From: Cyanidioschyzon merolae | Taxonomy: Eukaryota | Length of the DNA: 64,000 nucleotides | NCBI GenBank assembly: GCA_000091205.1 | Contig: AP006492.2 | Direction: 5' to 3' (one strand) | In this document: positions 10,182 through 20,793 of the stretch, one piece after another | Position numbering within the stretch: position 1 is the first letter of the stretch | How the letters are laid out: each line of letters begins with the position of its first letter | Made by a program: the position numbers and the translations under genes | The notes under the pieces: model-generated | Database searches by the model: none | Told to the model about the DNA's origin: nothing | The model's input: only the letters and a program-made list of their open reading frames with translations

Positions 10182-11048
10182 CTAGCGCTCCGCTCGACAT
10201 CCGAGAGATGCACGAGTCGGGGCACCGGTCAGCGGATTCTCTCCGTCGAGCGTCGGGTTTCGGCATAGCCGTCTCAAGCCGTACTCGCCAATATAGACAT
10301 CTGTAAAGTCAACATCACGCACATTCGTACCATCGCTGAACATTGAATCTGAAAGAACCGCATTCCTAAAAACGCTTCCACTGAGATCAGCATTCTCAAA
10401 GTTGACACGGTCAACGACTGCGTCCTCGAAATCGCATCTGCGGCATTTGAAGCCCGGTGCGTATGCCTTGCTCAGCTGCGTGGACCGGAAACGCGCCTCA
10501 TCCGCGGTTGCGCCTTCGAGCAGAACCCCACTCAGATCATATCCACTAAAGTCTCTACCGCGTAAATCGCAAAACCTCCCGTCTAGGAACTTATCGCGTG
10601 CAGCATTCGCTTGGCCAATCGTCGACGACGTCAAGTTGCACCGGTTCGGGTCCGTCATATCGACCGGTGGTAGCTTGAAAGCTGGCGAAGGCGCGGCAAA
10701 CAGTCCCATTGGATCCACGAAACAAAACAGCAGCGGGACCATATACAAACCGACTGCTAAGCTTTGTGTCAGATTCGATAGGCGTTGCCCGGGCGTGCCC
10801 CAGCTGGCTCGAGGTGCAACCGGTGACCCAAGCCGCAGACGACCTTCTCGGCACTGGTGTCGAACGCGTAGACGTTTCGCGTCGGACCCCGCAAAGGCAC
10901 GCTCCCAAAGAAACCGCCCCGTGTTGGATATTGCTGATCGCGTACCTAGTTGCACGCCTGTGCCGATAAAAGCCACCGTCACATAGCGCTGACGCGGAGC
11001 AGGCGCCACGACACCCAAGTCATCCAGTGCTGGTGCAAACTTTGTCAT
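10182..11048 (-). CDS. pentapeptide-repeat protein (thylakoid-lumen TL15/TL20-like)
   Basis: Consecutive pentapeptide repeats (..DFSGYDLSGVLLEGATADEARFRSTQLSKA..NFENADLSGSVFRNAVLSDSMFSDG..). The N-terminal extension is consistent with organelle targeting. Confidence 0.7.
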   Translation of the reverse strand: MTKFAPALDDLGVVAPAPRQRYVTVAFIGTGVQLGTRSAISNTGRFLWERAFAGSDAKRLRVRHQCREGRLRLGSPVAPRASWGTPGQRLSNLTQSLAVGLYMVPLLFCFVDPMGLFAAPSPAFKLPPVDMTDPNRCNLTSSTIGQANAARDKFLDGRFCDLRGRDFSGYDLSGVLLEGATADEARFRSTQLSKAYAPGFKCRRCDFEDAVVDRVNFENADLSGSVFRNAVLSDSMFSDGTNVRDVDFTDVYIGEYGLRRLCRNPTLDGENPLTGAPTRASLGCRAER

Positions 11049-11476
11049 CGTTTCCCAAAAGACTCTCTAGCGTACTTGAAACCTGACCTTGCAGGTTTCT
11101 TCCTAGTGTGTCGAGCCGAGTCTTGACCCGCGAACACGCTCGACAAGAGCACGCCCTTCCGAACGACAAGCGATCGCGCAGGCACGTACCATAAATCCCT
11201 TGCTGAACGGTACGCATCGCACGCCCGGCACGTCACCACGGGCGTATCTGGTGATGTGGTACGCGCTGGGTGTCGAGCATCGCGTCACACTTGAAACGCT
11301 TTCAATCTGTACATAGAAGCCATTTTATATACAGAGCGGACGACGCTGTGCACGCCGAGTCACCGGTGGCCGCCCTCTGACGCGCACGCTGTGCACGAGA
11401 CGCCAGTCGGCTGCGTGCGCGCGTCGCTCACCAGCAGAACGGGTGGTATCGCGCGGCACGCAGAGGCGCGTGTTTC

Positions 11477-12934
11477 GTGCACGCTTTGAGTAATGCGTTG
11501 GCGTTTCTCTGCGGGCACCTGTGGAACGACACGTGTTCGCTCATGTTCTGTTTTCCCAGCTTATCGAGACCGCATATTGGCACGAATTTTGCGGATTTTG
11601 ATGCTTCCAAGGTAACGCTCGCACACAGAAGACGCTCACATGGAGCTTCATCACGCACCGTCTATGCAGTTGCCGAGCGGCCGCTAGACAAAAAGCAGCG
11701 ACGCCGCGAGATTATGCAGAGCGAGAAGTTTAATCGTCGAGGTTTCGCCTCTACGAAAGAAGAAGCACAAGGATTGATGGTTGGAGAGTTCTCATCGGAA
11801 CTCTTGAAGGCGCTACGTGAAAGTGCGTACACCCTGGAACGGGACGGCTTGACGGTGCTCCTGGCCAAAGCGTATGGCTTTTGCTGGGGAGTCGAACGCG
11901 CGGTCGCGCTAGCGTTTGAGGCGCGTCGTCAGTTCGCCGACAAGCGGATCTGGATCACGAATGAGATCATCCACAATCCCAAGGTTAATACGAGACTCAA
12001 GGAGATGGGTATTTTCTTCGTTCCAGAACATGTGGATGAACGGGGCATGCGGCATAAGGATCTGAGCGGCATCGAGCCGTCGGACGTTGTGATTTTGCCG
12101 GCTTTCGGAGCGACGCTCGACGAAATGACGTATCTGGATCGGTTGGGATGCCAGATCGTGGACACAACCTGCCCTTGGGTGAGCAAGGTTTGGAATGCGC
12201 TCGATAAGCATCAGAGGGCGCGCTGCACCTCTATCATCCATGGGAAATGGAATCATGAGGAGACCATAGCAACTGCTTCATTCGCGGAAACGTATCTGAT
12301 TGTCAAGGACCTTGAGGAGGCGGAATACGTTTGCAACTACATTCTTCACGGTGGCGATAAGGAAGCATTCCTGAACAGGTTTCAAAATGCGATGAGCGCC
12401 GGTTTCGATCCCGAACGAGACCTGAATGCAGTTGGCATTGCCAACCAAACCACGATGATGAAGAACGAGACCGCTGCTATCGGGAAGCTCTTTGAGAAAA
12501 CCATGATGCGCAAGTTCGGTCCAACCGAGCTCTCGAAGCACTTTGTGGCGTTCAATACCATCTGCGATGCCACGCAGGAACGCCAAGATGCGATGCTAGA
12601 GCTGGTTGAGCAGGACCTCGACCTCATTCTTGTCGTCGGCGGTTTCAATAGCTCGAACACGAGTCACTTGGTCGAGATCGCCCATCAGCGCGGTATTCCT
12701 GTCTACCACGTGGACACCGCCGAGCGCATTGGACCCGGGAATCGCATTGAGTATCGCGATGTGCATGGACAAATCCAGCGCGCTGAGTACTGGTTGCCCA
12801 AGACCGGCAAGCACGGTGGCCACGTGCGCCTCGGTGTGACATCGGGTGCATCGACCCCCGATCGTTATGTCGAGGAATGTCTTGATCGCATCTTCCTCAT
12901 CCACGCCCTCGCAAAGTCAGAGGTAGCCGTCTAA
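11477..12934 (+). CDS. ispH: 4-hydroxy-3-methylbut-2-enyl diphosphate reductase (IspH/LytB), MEP pathway, with ~100-aa N-terminal targeting extension
   Basis: Hallmark IspH motifs [32 protein letters not shown] and [13 protein letters not shown]. The ORF-track start is GTG; the first in-frame ATG is at 11543. The gene is a single exon. Confidence 0.9.
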   Translation: MHALSNALAFLCGHLWNDTCSLMFCFPSLSRPHIGTNFADFDASKVTLAHRRRSHGASSRTVYAVAERPLDKKQRRREIMQSEKFNRRGFASTKEEAQGLMVGEFSSELLKALRESAYTLERDGLTVLLAKAYGFCWGVERAVALAFEARRQFADKRIWITNEIIHNPKVNTRLKEMGIFFVPEHVDERGMRHKDLSGIEPSDVVILPAFGATLDEMTYLDRLGCQIVDTTCPWVSKVWNALDKHQRARCTSIIHGKWNHEETIATASFAETYLIVKDLEEAEYVCNYILHGGDKEAFLNRFQNAMSAGFDPERDLNAVGIANQTTMMKNETAAIGKLFEKTMMRKFGPTELSKHFVAFNTICDATQERQDAMLELVEQDLDLILVVGGFNSSNTSHLVEIAHQRGIPVYHVDTAERIGPGNRIEYRDVHGQIQRAEYWLPKTGKHGGHVRLGVTSGASTPDRYVEECLDRIFLIHALAKSEVAV

Positions 12935-13754
12935 ACTCACAACGCGGATGATGCTTTCATCTGTTCTGGTTCACGAAGTCGTCCTCCCGTTGGCGACCGC
13001 ATGCATCCTCGAGTCATGGAATGATCGATTGGTACAGGATGTGCGGCAAGTCCAGTGGCGAGCGCATGACCCGTGCATCTGTGGTGTTGCGGGCACCCAG
13101 GAAACCGTGCAGTGCATGCGAACGTGTACCCATTGCAAGCACGTTCACGCGTCTTCATCACGATTCATGACATGTTATCAGCTGCAGTGAGATATCCTTT
13201 CTATCTCTCTCTCTCTCGCACTCTCACGCACGCTAGCATGTTTGCGGTAGCTTGCGGTGCCTGCATCGACGCATCGAATCAGAGCGGTGTGGTGTGTCTC
13301 TGCCCAAATTCCCCGTTTCCACCGCAGCGCTCAGAAAGAACACTTCGTATCGAGTCGAGCCTTGCGGCCGTTGCGCGCAACTGCGGAACCTCGTCGTTCA
13401 TCGGACCGCCTAGATCGGTTTCCGCAGCACGGCACCAGCTGAGCACCGGCTGAAACCTGCTCACACCTTCATTATCTTTCCGTGTGAATAGGAACGCATG
13501 GAATCCGTCTCTGCCCGCTGCTCTGGATGAATACGGCGACGCGACAGTTCGACGCATTTAACCAGGTATCACGGAGTGCGCGATGATTCTTGACACCTAC
13601 CAGAGCTTCCATCATTCCGTACCTGGCCTTCATGCTCCACCAATAACCATCACCCATAGTTCGTCTCGGGGATTCGGGTCCGCTCATACGATTCATGCAC
13701 GCGATAGTTGTCGGCATTGAGCGACACTGGGACGGGCGATGATGCTCAAGCAAT

Positions 13755-14948
13755 TTGGACGGAGGCTGGGCGCAGCGCTTGCAGGATCGAAACCTGTACC
13801 GCATTCTTCCAGGTGTTGCACGCTGTTCCAAAGTCGGGGCTGACGACTTGCTTCCGAACACTCATGCCCACAGTTTTCGAAGTGCGATGACCGGGAAGCC
13901 TCCGCGAAAGCGGAATCCACAATCTGAAGTGCGAGCGTTGTCTATAGCAGCAACGGCAACAGCAGCAGCAGGAGCTGCGGATGCGGGAAAGAACGCAGCG
14001 TCAAGCGTCAGTGCCGCTGACTTGCCGCCTTCCTGCAGACTCTACGAGGCAATCACAGGGATTGGAGGCGGAGCGCTAACTCCGGTCGGAACACGTGGTG
14101 AAGGCGCCGGTGGTGCACCGTCGTCGTCGTCGTCGTTGTCGCCGCTGTTCCTTCAGCCGTACCTCTTCGCACGACCGAGTCCGTGTCTCGAGCACGAGTT
14201 CGAGCGCATCGGGGCCGAGGCTCCACGCTGGTTGGCGGCACCACCTGTGGTGGACGATGAGCTGGAATGGGATATCCTCGGCGATCTCTTTCGGCCGCTG
14301 TATATCGACACGGAAGAGACACAACAATGGGAAACTGTTTTGAATCAAGCTGGCACGACGCGGTGCCTACCGGGTGCGCCCCAGGCTACCTGCGCTTCAA
14401 CGATCTGTCAACATTATCTGAAAGCGCTTTCTCAGGAGATGTCTCGGGCAACGACGGAATACGCGACACTGGATGGCGGCGATGATGCGCAGACGCGTCT
14501 ATCGCCGACGGACACATTGCATCTACGTCGCAATGCTTTTGCGACGCTGGTATACGCATCCCCGATCGTCTTCGAGCCAATGGATTATGTTGTGCTCCTG
14601 GAATGGGTTATGCAGGGGGTTTCGGAGACCGGCGCGACCCCGAATGCGTCCATCCCTGAATCGGTCGAGTTGGGACTTGTCACTCTTGAAATCGCCGTGC
14701 CCTGCATCCTTTATCGTTGGCTTCGGAGGCAGCCGTGCGTCTCGACCGCCGCGAGGGTCAGCTGTCGAGAGCGACTCCTACCGGATGGACTGGTAGAGCT
14801 CGCTCGCGTTGCATGCCGCTGTGCCCAGATCCGCGAACGTTTCCTGTTTCCAGACTGGGTCGCGTGGCTTCGTGAGCATCTGAGGCTCGCGCCCAGGGCC
14901 GGACTCGCTGGGCGCTGGCTCGAATTCGAGTTGATGCGCATGTACTGA
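13755..14948 (+). CDS. hypothetical protein (397 aa)
   Basis: Long ORF in a GC-rich region containing a (CGT)n tract that encodes SSSSS. I recognise no domain. Confidence 0.35.
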   Translation: MDGGWAQRLQDRNLYRILPGVARCSKVGADDLLPNTHAHSFRSAMTGKPPRKRNPQSEVRALSIAATATAAAGAADAGKNAASSVSAADLPPSCRLYEAITGIGGGALTPVGTRGEGAGGAPSSSSSLSPLFLQPYLFARPSPCLEHEFERIGAEAPRWLAAPPVVDDELEWDILGDLFRPLYIDTEETQQWETVLNQAGTTRCLPGAPQATCASTICQHYLKALSQEMSRATTEYATLDGGDDAQTRLSPTDTLHLRRNAFATLVYASPIVFEPMDYVVLLEWVMQGVSETGATPNASIPESVELGLVTLEIAVPCILYRWLRRQPCVSTAARVSCRERLLPDGLVELARVACRCAQIRERFLFPDWVAWLREHLRLAPRAGLAGRWLEFELMRMY

Positions 14949-15196
14949 ACATGAGTGGAATGTTGAGCAAGCATAAACGCTTTAAAGCCGTTGAAGACAC
15001 CGTTCATAGTGCGATGATATTCTGGTTACACTCGTCCGCGGTTCCATACAGTTCTCCGTGTAGGGGTCATTCGCTCGATGCTCAGCAGTTGGTGATGCGG
15101 TAGAGCCTCTTTGGTAAAAAGCAAGCGCCAGATGCGCCCGCGCTCAACCGCAAACCAACAGCACTTTCACTTCCCGTGTTCTGACATGGGAAGCGC

Positions 15197-16639
15197 CTAC
15201 GGGGCTAGAGCATGGCCACGCATCAGGGATCCTATCGTGCGGAAGAGCAACTTGACGTCCTCAACTGGGCTCGTGCGCGTAACCTTCTTGTAAAGATACG
15301 AATCAAAGGTCACCTGTTGGACGTAGTCATCGCCGCAGAGTTCACAAAACGCCTCCCGAGCGGCATTGTTCGTGTAGAACACTTTCTGCAGGATATCAAG
15401 CACTGTATACGTTGGTCCATACTGGCGATCGTACGGCCGGAGGTAGCCATTGCGCAGGTCCTGCTCCGTGGGTATGCGGCTTCCGTTCAAGCTCGCGCGT
15501 ACGATCGCTTCGCCACACATGCGTCCGCTCTTCGCAGCGAAGTAGATACCCTCGCCGGAGCACTTGGTTACGTAGCCGGCCGCGTCACCGACGAGGGCAA
15601 CCCGGCCGACCACGCGACGCGGCCGCGGATGCTCCGGGATCGGATGCGCCTCTACTTTGATCACTTTGCCACCAGCGATCTTCGGTGCTGCTCGCTGGCG
15701 AATGCCTTCCTTGTAGCGTTTGATGTTGGGCTTGTCGATTACCGTTCCGGTCCCGACACCAACGTGGTCGTACTTTGGAAAAACCCAGGCATAAAAATCT
15801 GGTGACACATCATCTCCGACATACATTTCCGCGAGATCTTCATAGAACGCCATCTTGTCGTCGGGAATTTTGATTCGCTCCTGGAAAGCAATCGCATAGC
15901 TGTAGTCGCCAGCGTCGATTGCCTTGGCGACCCGAGAGTTGGCACCGTCTGCCCCGACGACCATGTCGACTTCGAGAGAGCTTGTGGTGGCCCTGCCCCC
16001 GTCGATCTTATCGTAGTCTGCGTACTTGATTCGGTACTTGCCGCGGGGATCGCGCGGATCCGGAAGCTCTACCTCCTGAACGAGCCCGTGCACACGAATC
16101 GCTCCAAGTTCATAAGCGCGCTCTCGCAGATAGCTATCCAGAATCTCGCGACGTGTCATACCGATGTACTCATGAGGTTTGAGCGTTCGACCAACCGGAA
16201 TCTCACGTCCCGAGGGCGAAACCATGAGCATGCGCCGAACCTTCCGGTCAATGATGTCGGGCGGTAAGCCAAACTCATCCACCATACACAGCGGGATAGC
16301 ACCCCCGCAGGGCTTACAGTTATCCATCTTTCGCTCTATGAGAAAAGTCTCAATCTCTGGGCACCTGGCGAGCGCCTCCGCCGCGCACGCCCCGGCGGGT
16401 CCACCACCTACAACAGCAACACGAAACTTTGCTTGAAGGAAGGGTACGCGGCGGATGCATGGGCGGTGAACACGACGGGGAGCAAGCGGGCGCGCGCTTG
16501 AAGCGCCCCAGAACTGGGCGGGCGCGCTCACAAAAGTGACAGACGGTTTCGAGGTTGCCATTTTACGCTTCTTCAAACGGAGCAGATGACTTGCGATGCG
16601 CAGAAACTTCTTGACTTGACCGTCAATTGGGCGTCGCAC
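15197..16639 (-). CDS. chlP: geranylgeranyl diphosphate reductase (ChlP), plastid-targeted
   Basis: FAD-binding VAVVGGGPAGACAAEALA, then ..CGGAIPLCMVDEFGLP.., ..GMTRREILDSYLRERA.. and ..GDAAGYVTKCSGEGIYFA.. conserved across the whole length. The first in-frame ATG (MATSKP..) is at about 16561, since the ORF-track start is GTG. The gene is a single exon. Confidence 0.9.
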   Translation of the reverse strand: MRRPIDGQVKKFLRIASHLLRLKKRKMATSKPSVTFVSAPAQFWGASSARPLAPRRVHRPCIRRVPFLQAKFRVAVVGGGPAGACAAEALARCPEIETFLIERKMDNCKPCGGAIPLCMVDEFGLPPDIIDRKVRRMLMVSPSGREIPVGRTLKPHEYIGMTRREILDSYLRERAYELGAIRVHGLVQEVELPDPRDPRGKYRIKYADYDKIDGGRATTSSLEVDMVVGADGANSRVAKAIDAGDYSYAIAFQERIKIPDDKMAFYEDLAEMYVGDDVSPDFYAWVFPKYDHVGVGTGTVIDKPNIKRYKEGIRQRAAPKIAGGKVIKVEAHPIPEHPRPRRVVGRVALVGDAAGYVTKCSGEGIYFAAKSGRMCGEAIVRASLNGSRIPTEQDLRNGYLRPYDRQYGPTYTVLDILQKVFYTNNAAREAFCELCGDDYVQQVTFDSYLYKKVTRTSPVEDVKLLFRTIGSLMRGHALAP

Positions 16640-16694
16640 ACGCTGGGCTCAAGGCCTGGCTGTTTGTGATCAAGTTCCTGCGGCCCAAGACACC

Positions 16695-16716
16695 GCACAC
16701 ACACACACACACACCT
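16695..16716. repeat. (CA)n microsatellite
   Basis: cacacacacacacacacacac; other short microsatellites lie at about 1272-1291 (CA/CATA), 8446-8459 (GT), 29802-29820 (CAG) and 13200-13213 (CT). Confidence 0.85.
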
Positions 16717-17089
16717 CAACAGAGCAGCACGCGTGTAGCAGCAACGACGCGTTCGTGCAGTCCGTAAATCCGATGCTTTCACGATCCGCTGGAATGCGGC
16801 GTGGTGCAGCGCGCTCGCGGGATCGCACCCCGAGATCCTTTCAGCTCGACGCCGGTGCGTCGGGCTATCTTCCATAATTGGACAAAACCTTCCTAAAAGA
16901 TCAGGGATCCCCAACGGTGCGCGGTGAAGCACCGATCATACCACGCCCTATCTCCAAGGTCCATGGTCCATAATTCTTCTCGGATACATTGGTCACTTTG
17001 TACGTTCTATCGTGTGCCGCGTATCTGCATTCCTGCATCGGTGATCGCGCCTATAGCGCCGTTACGGTCATAGCAGAGAGACAGGACGA

Positions 17090-18440
17090 CGTTGGCGTAC
17101 CCCAGAGGACGTCGGCTCGAGATGGTAAACTGATACCCAGGCGCAGATGCCTCTCAGCCTTTTTTGACCGTCAGACTGCCATCAATTTCAGTTTATTCAG
17201 GCACGCTTCGAGACTGTGAGGCTGCACGAAGCAAGAGGATCGCGCTAGCCCCGAGGGTCTCGTCTCCAGCACCGCACATCATTTGATATTGATAGCGGCG
17301 TTGAAGACTCGGTTCACGAACTCCATGCATGTATTGCCTCTGGTGGTGCTCGCCAATGGAAGGAGTCCTCAAACTAGTGCCCTCAGTGCCATTTGCTGCT
17401 CTGTCAGCTCTCCGTGCTTTTCTATCGTCGAAATGCTCCGCTGCATTCTCCCCATCCCGATCTTTGAATGGTACATCCCAGCTCATCCCTCAGACTTTTT
17501 TGAAAATGAACGCAATTCTTCATGCCATTAGGTGAGGATCTTCCCTAATGGAGAAGGATTCGTTCAAGGAAGATGTAATGTGCCACAGTGTGTCACTGTG
17601 TGCTGGGCGATTCAGCGATTCGGCCAGTGGAGCGGTCGATAATTTCCATGATAGAAAACACTTCTTCAGTGGGGTACAACAACGGAACGTACTACGGAAT
17701 GAAAAGCAGCTCTACCCAGATAGAATCGGCAAATGCTCGATCCCTGGGGAATATTGAAATACCATGTTGTTCAATAGAAGGACGTCTCAATACGTTAGGG
17801 AAACCCTTCAATAATTCGATAAAGTGGTTGGTGCTGTTGTATGCGCCTTTATTACGAGCGATAGCGAGGCCATCAAATGAATGCCCTGCAGCTAGAATAG
17901 ATGATGATGTCCTCGTCTTCTTCGATTTCGATCGTACATACATTGGGCCTCCTTTCCGAGAATACCAATATATGCTCCCACCGTTTCATCCGAAGCAAGC
18001 CTCATCGACTGAGGAAACAAACCAAAGTGCCTGTGCTTCATACCGATCGCGACGTCCCAGGAAAGCTGTGGTAGCGATTTCCGTAGACGATGGCCGTGCG
18101 TGAAACTGGATTTTTTGCCTGTTTCCAAGCTTTTACAGGACCAGATGAACAAGATGTCGAGCAACTGAGACGCCTGTGGCAAATGATACCGACAATTTCT
18201 CTTTCCATACGGTGATCAACGGGTCGCATTCTTCCATTGTCCATAAGCAGTCTTCGAGAATATCGGTTGTTTGCCGCAGAGTGCATATGCTTCTTTGTTT
18301 CAGTGTTCCTCAACCATCGGAGTACTTTGGTATAACTGACTTGAAGGAGAAACACAGTACTCGTTGCACTGTTCAATAAAGAATATATCCCACCGGCAAT
18401 TCGTCTACGATCTATACGGTACATTGCATCGTGATGTCGA
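17090..18440 (-). mobile_element. degenerate chimeric element B1: Fanzor 3' module (about 17090-17490) fused to an unrelated ~0.95-kb segment Y
   Basis: The minus strand at about 17283-17325 encodes MEFVNRVFNAAINI, a RuvC-III motif with the Asp replaced by Val. The plus-strand mirror ORF 17283-17531 parallels the mirror ORF of copy A1. About 17090-18440 is roughly 75% identical to 49855-51210. Confidence 0.55.
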
Positions 18441-19307
18441 TCTCCTGCTACACACCCCAGCAGGTCTCCAGCAAATTGGGTTGGAAGACTAGACGAAGTG
18501 TACGCGGTGCTTTCATTGAGATTTTGCATGTTGCATCTGCGAGACAGGTATTCACTGGAGAGCGCAGTGCAACGAAACCTTGGGTTTCGCCGAAACTCCA
18601 GCGAAGACCGGGTACCATGTTTCGAGAGGACGCCTGGGAGTCCTGTGGTCGCGTGAGCAGGAACAGCTCGCCGGTCTGCTGTTGCTTTCGCAAACGTTTG
18701 GAAAACGGAATCGCGGGTGATCGGAAAGCCATGATTTTGGGCGAAGCAGGTTTTACGAGTTCAGTGCGTCCAGTAATCCAGCCACGGCGGTTGTGAGGAC
18801 CTGCCGCAACCCGCTCTGTTGTGGCAGCTATGACATAGACTTGGTGCCCACACTGTTCAGCAGCGTCTGGTGCATGATCCTGGCCAAAGCTCGCACGTGT
18901 CAGCGTTTCCGCCGAGGGCCATAGACGCTCGTGTCGCCAGCGTTTTCAGAGACAGTGTTCCGAGCGTTCGCGTGGCCTTACCTCGCAACCGAAAGGAAGC
19001 GTTTGTCTCCTAGAGTTCGGAATGCTGTTGTCTAAGGTGCGGCGTTTCAGAGTCAGAACACGGACGCGACGCCGCGGATGTTTCGCTGTCCACTCGGCCG
19101 GCTAGGGCGTTCGACGACGGCTCGGTTGCACGCTTGTTCTGAAGCTCTCTGTTTTTCAGCTGCGAGCTTCTTGGAGTTAGGTATCGCCTGCGAGAAGTGG
19201 TGCTTGCCTGAGGGTTCTTGGATCAGATAGATCGGGGGACGCATGCCGGTGCACTCGATGCAGACGGTGGTATTGAGGCGTTGAGCGCGAGAACGCCCAT
19301 TTTCCCT

Positions 19308-20408
19308 TTAAAGAAGAGATGCTAACGTCGCTCCCATTTGCTGTTCCGAGCAGCTCGTGATCACCGTTTTCGAAAAAATGGAATCGAAGCTTGCAGGAGT
19401 GTCCTCAACATCGCTTGCGGATGCGGGCGGCAACAGGGAATCCGACGTAGAATGCGCTCCTGTGCCTCGTGAGACGGGAGCGGGTTCATCCCGCTCGATT
19501 TGAAGGGGCTCGTCGTACAGTACCGCTTGGATAGCCTTGATGAGCGGTAGCTCTGGCTCCGGATGCGTCTGGCAGAGCATCTCGATATCACGTAGTTTTT
19601 CAAAATAGTAGGTTCGTTCTCTCTCGAGATTATCGATGGCAAGCTGCATTTCAGTAATTTTCTGAATCAGCTTGGACTCCTGTTCCCGCGCCAGGCCGTC
19701 TGCAGCATTAACGGCCGGCGGCTCCGTCTTGGTGCCTGGCGATGCAGTGCGCGGCTGAGCCGGGCTCGAGCAAGTCGTGGATTCCTGTGCGGGCGTGCCG
19801 CCACGGGGATGCGTCGTAGCGGAAGCCGCTCGATAGGCCTCCTCCCGCTGCGCCCGAATGTTGCTGTTAACCGCACCCGTGCATCGAAGCGTTCGCGCAG
19901 CGGGCGCATGAAGGCCAGCGGCAGTTTTTGGGCCCGATACAGGACGTCGCTTCATCGCAGCACCTACGGTTTCCCTGCTGACACCGGGCTTTTGTTCGTT
20001 GTACTTGCGGACAGCGGCTTCGCGTCGCTCCACGGCGTTGTAAGGCTGGCCGGCGTAGAAGCGATCGAACACTGCTTTGACCCACTGGAGAAACTCCAGG
20101 TTATCCTGCGCTCTTGCCTTAATGAGTCGCTCGACTTCGATGTGTTTTTCGATACCAACTTTATCCAAAACCGCTTGAAGCACCTTATAGTTCTGTACGT
20201 ACTCGTACTCATGCCGAGCGCTAAAGTTCACTTTATGCAGCGGTACCTTCCCGGGGAAGAGAGCGTCAAAAACCTGACAGTGCGCTGCACCATCTGCGAC
20301 TTGTTCAACTTTCGTGTAACTCAGTTTGAGAAAGTCGTTCAGCCACGATAAGAGTTCCCCCCGAGAAACAAAAAAAGCCCCAGACATGATGCCCACTGCC
20401 TCTGCCAT
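19308..20408 (-). CDS. EB1 / MAPRE-family microtubule plus-end-binding protein
   Basis: N-terminal calponin-homology domain (..ELLSWLNDFLKLSYTKVEQVADGAAHCQVFDALFPGKVPLHKVNF..YEYVQNYKVLQ..) and C-terminal EB1 coiled-coil motif (..QLAIDNLERERTYYFEKLRDIE..). The gene is a single exon. Confidence 0.85.
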   Translation of the reverse strand: MAEAVGIMSGAFFVSRGELLSWLNDFLKLSYTKVEQVADGAAHCQVFDALFPGKVPLHKVNFSARHEYEYVQNYKVLQAVLDKVGIEKHIEVERLIKARAQDNLEFLQWVKAVFDRFYAGQPYNAVERREAAVRKYNEQKPGVSRETVGAAMKRRPVSGPKTAAGLHAPAARTLRCTGAVNSNIRAQREEAYRAASATTHPRGGTPAQESTTCSSPAQPRTASPGTKTEPPAVNAADGLAREQESKLIQKITEMQLAIDNLERERTYYFEKLRDIEMLCQTHPEPELPLIKAIQAVLYDEPLQIERDEPAPVSRGTGAHSTSDSLLPPASASDVEDTPASFDSIFSKTVITSCSEQQMGATLASLL

Positions 20409-20793
20409 GTTCGTTCAGTCGCTTGAAAAGCCGAAACCTCACGTTGATCTTGCCAAACAATCAGATGCGCTTCCGCTGGGACTGACAGAGATTTGACGCA
20501 ACTGCACCGCAATGACGCTACGAGAGCACCAGCGACAGCAGCAACAGTGTTCCACAACGATACGATTATATAGCGTAATCCGCTATGTTTGCGTGATGAT
20601 TGCGTCCTGGTAGCGGGCGCTTCTAGCGATAGCGTTGCGCGAATCCAGTTTGAAAATTAAGATCCAAGATGCCGCGCCAGCTCGATAACTTCATTCCCGT
20701 GCGCGATCGATGATGCGATGGTAACGGCTGGTTAAACCGGTCGTCAGTGCACCTTGGTACTAACTCTGGGGACGAGTCTTGTCCAGAACTGCG

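Noticed and set aside
17560-18440. Segment Y as protein-coding (for example ORFs 17588-18103 on the plus strand and 18038-18529 on the minus strand)
   Set aside because: Homologous stretches between the Y copies give similar translations in several frames and on both strands, which indicates nucleotide-level similarity of about 75% rather than a conserved reading frame. No domain was recognised.
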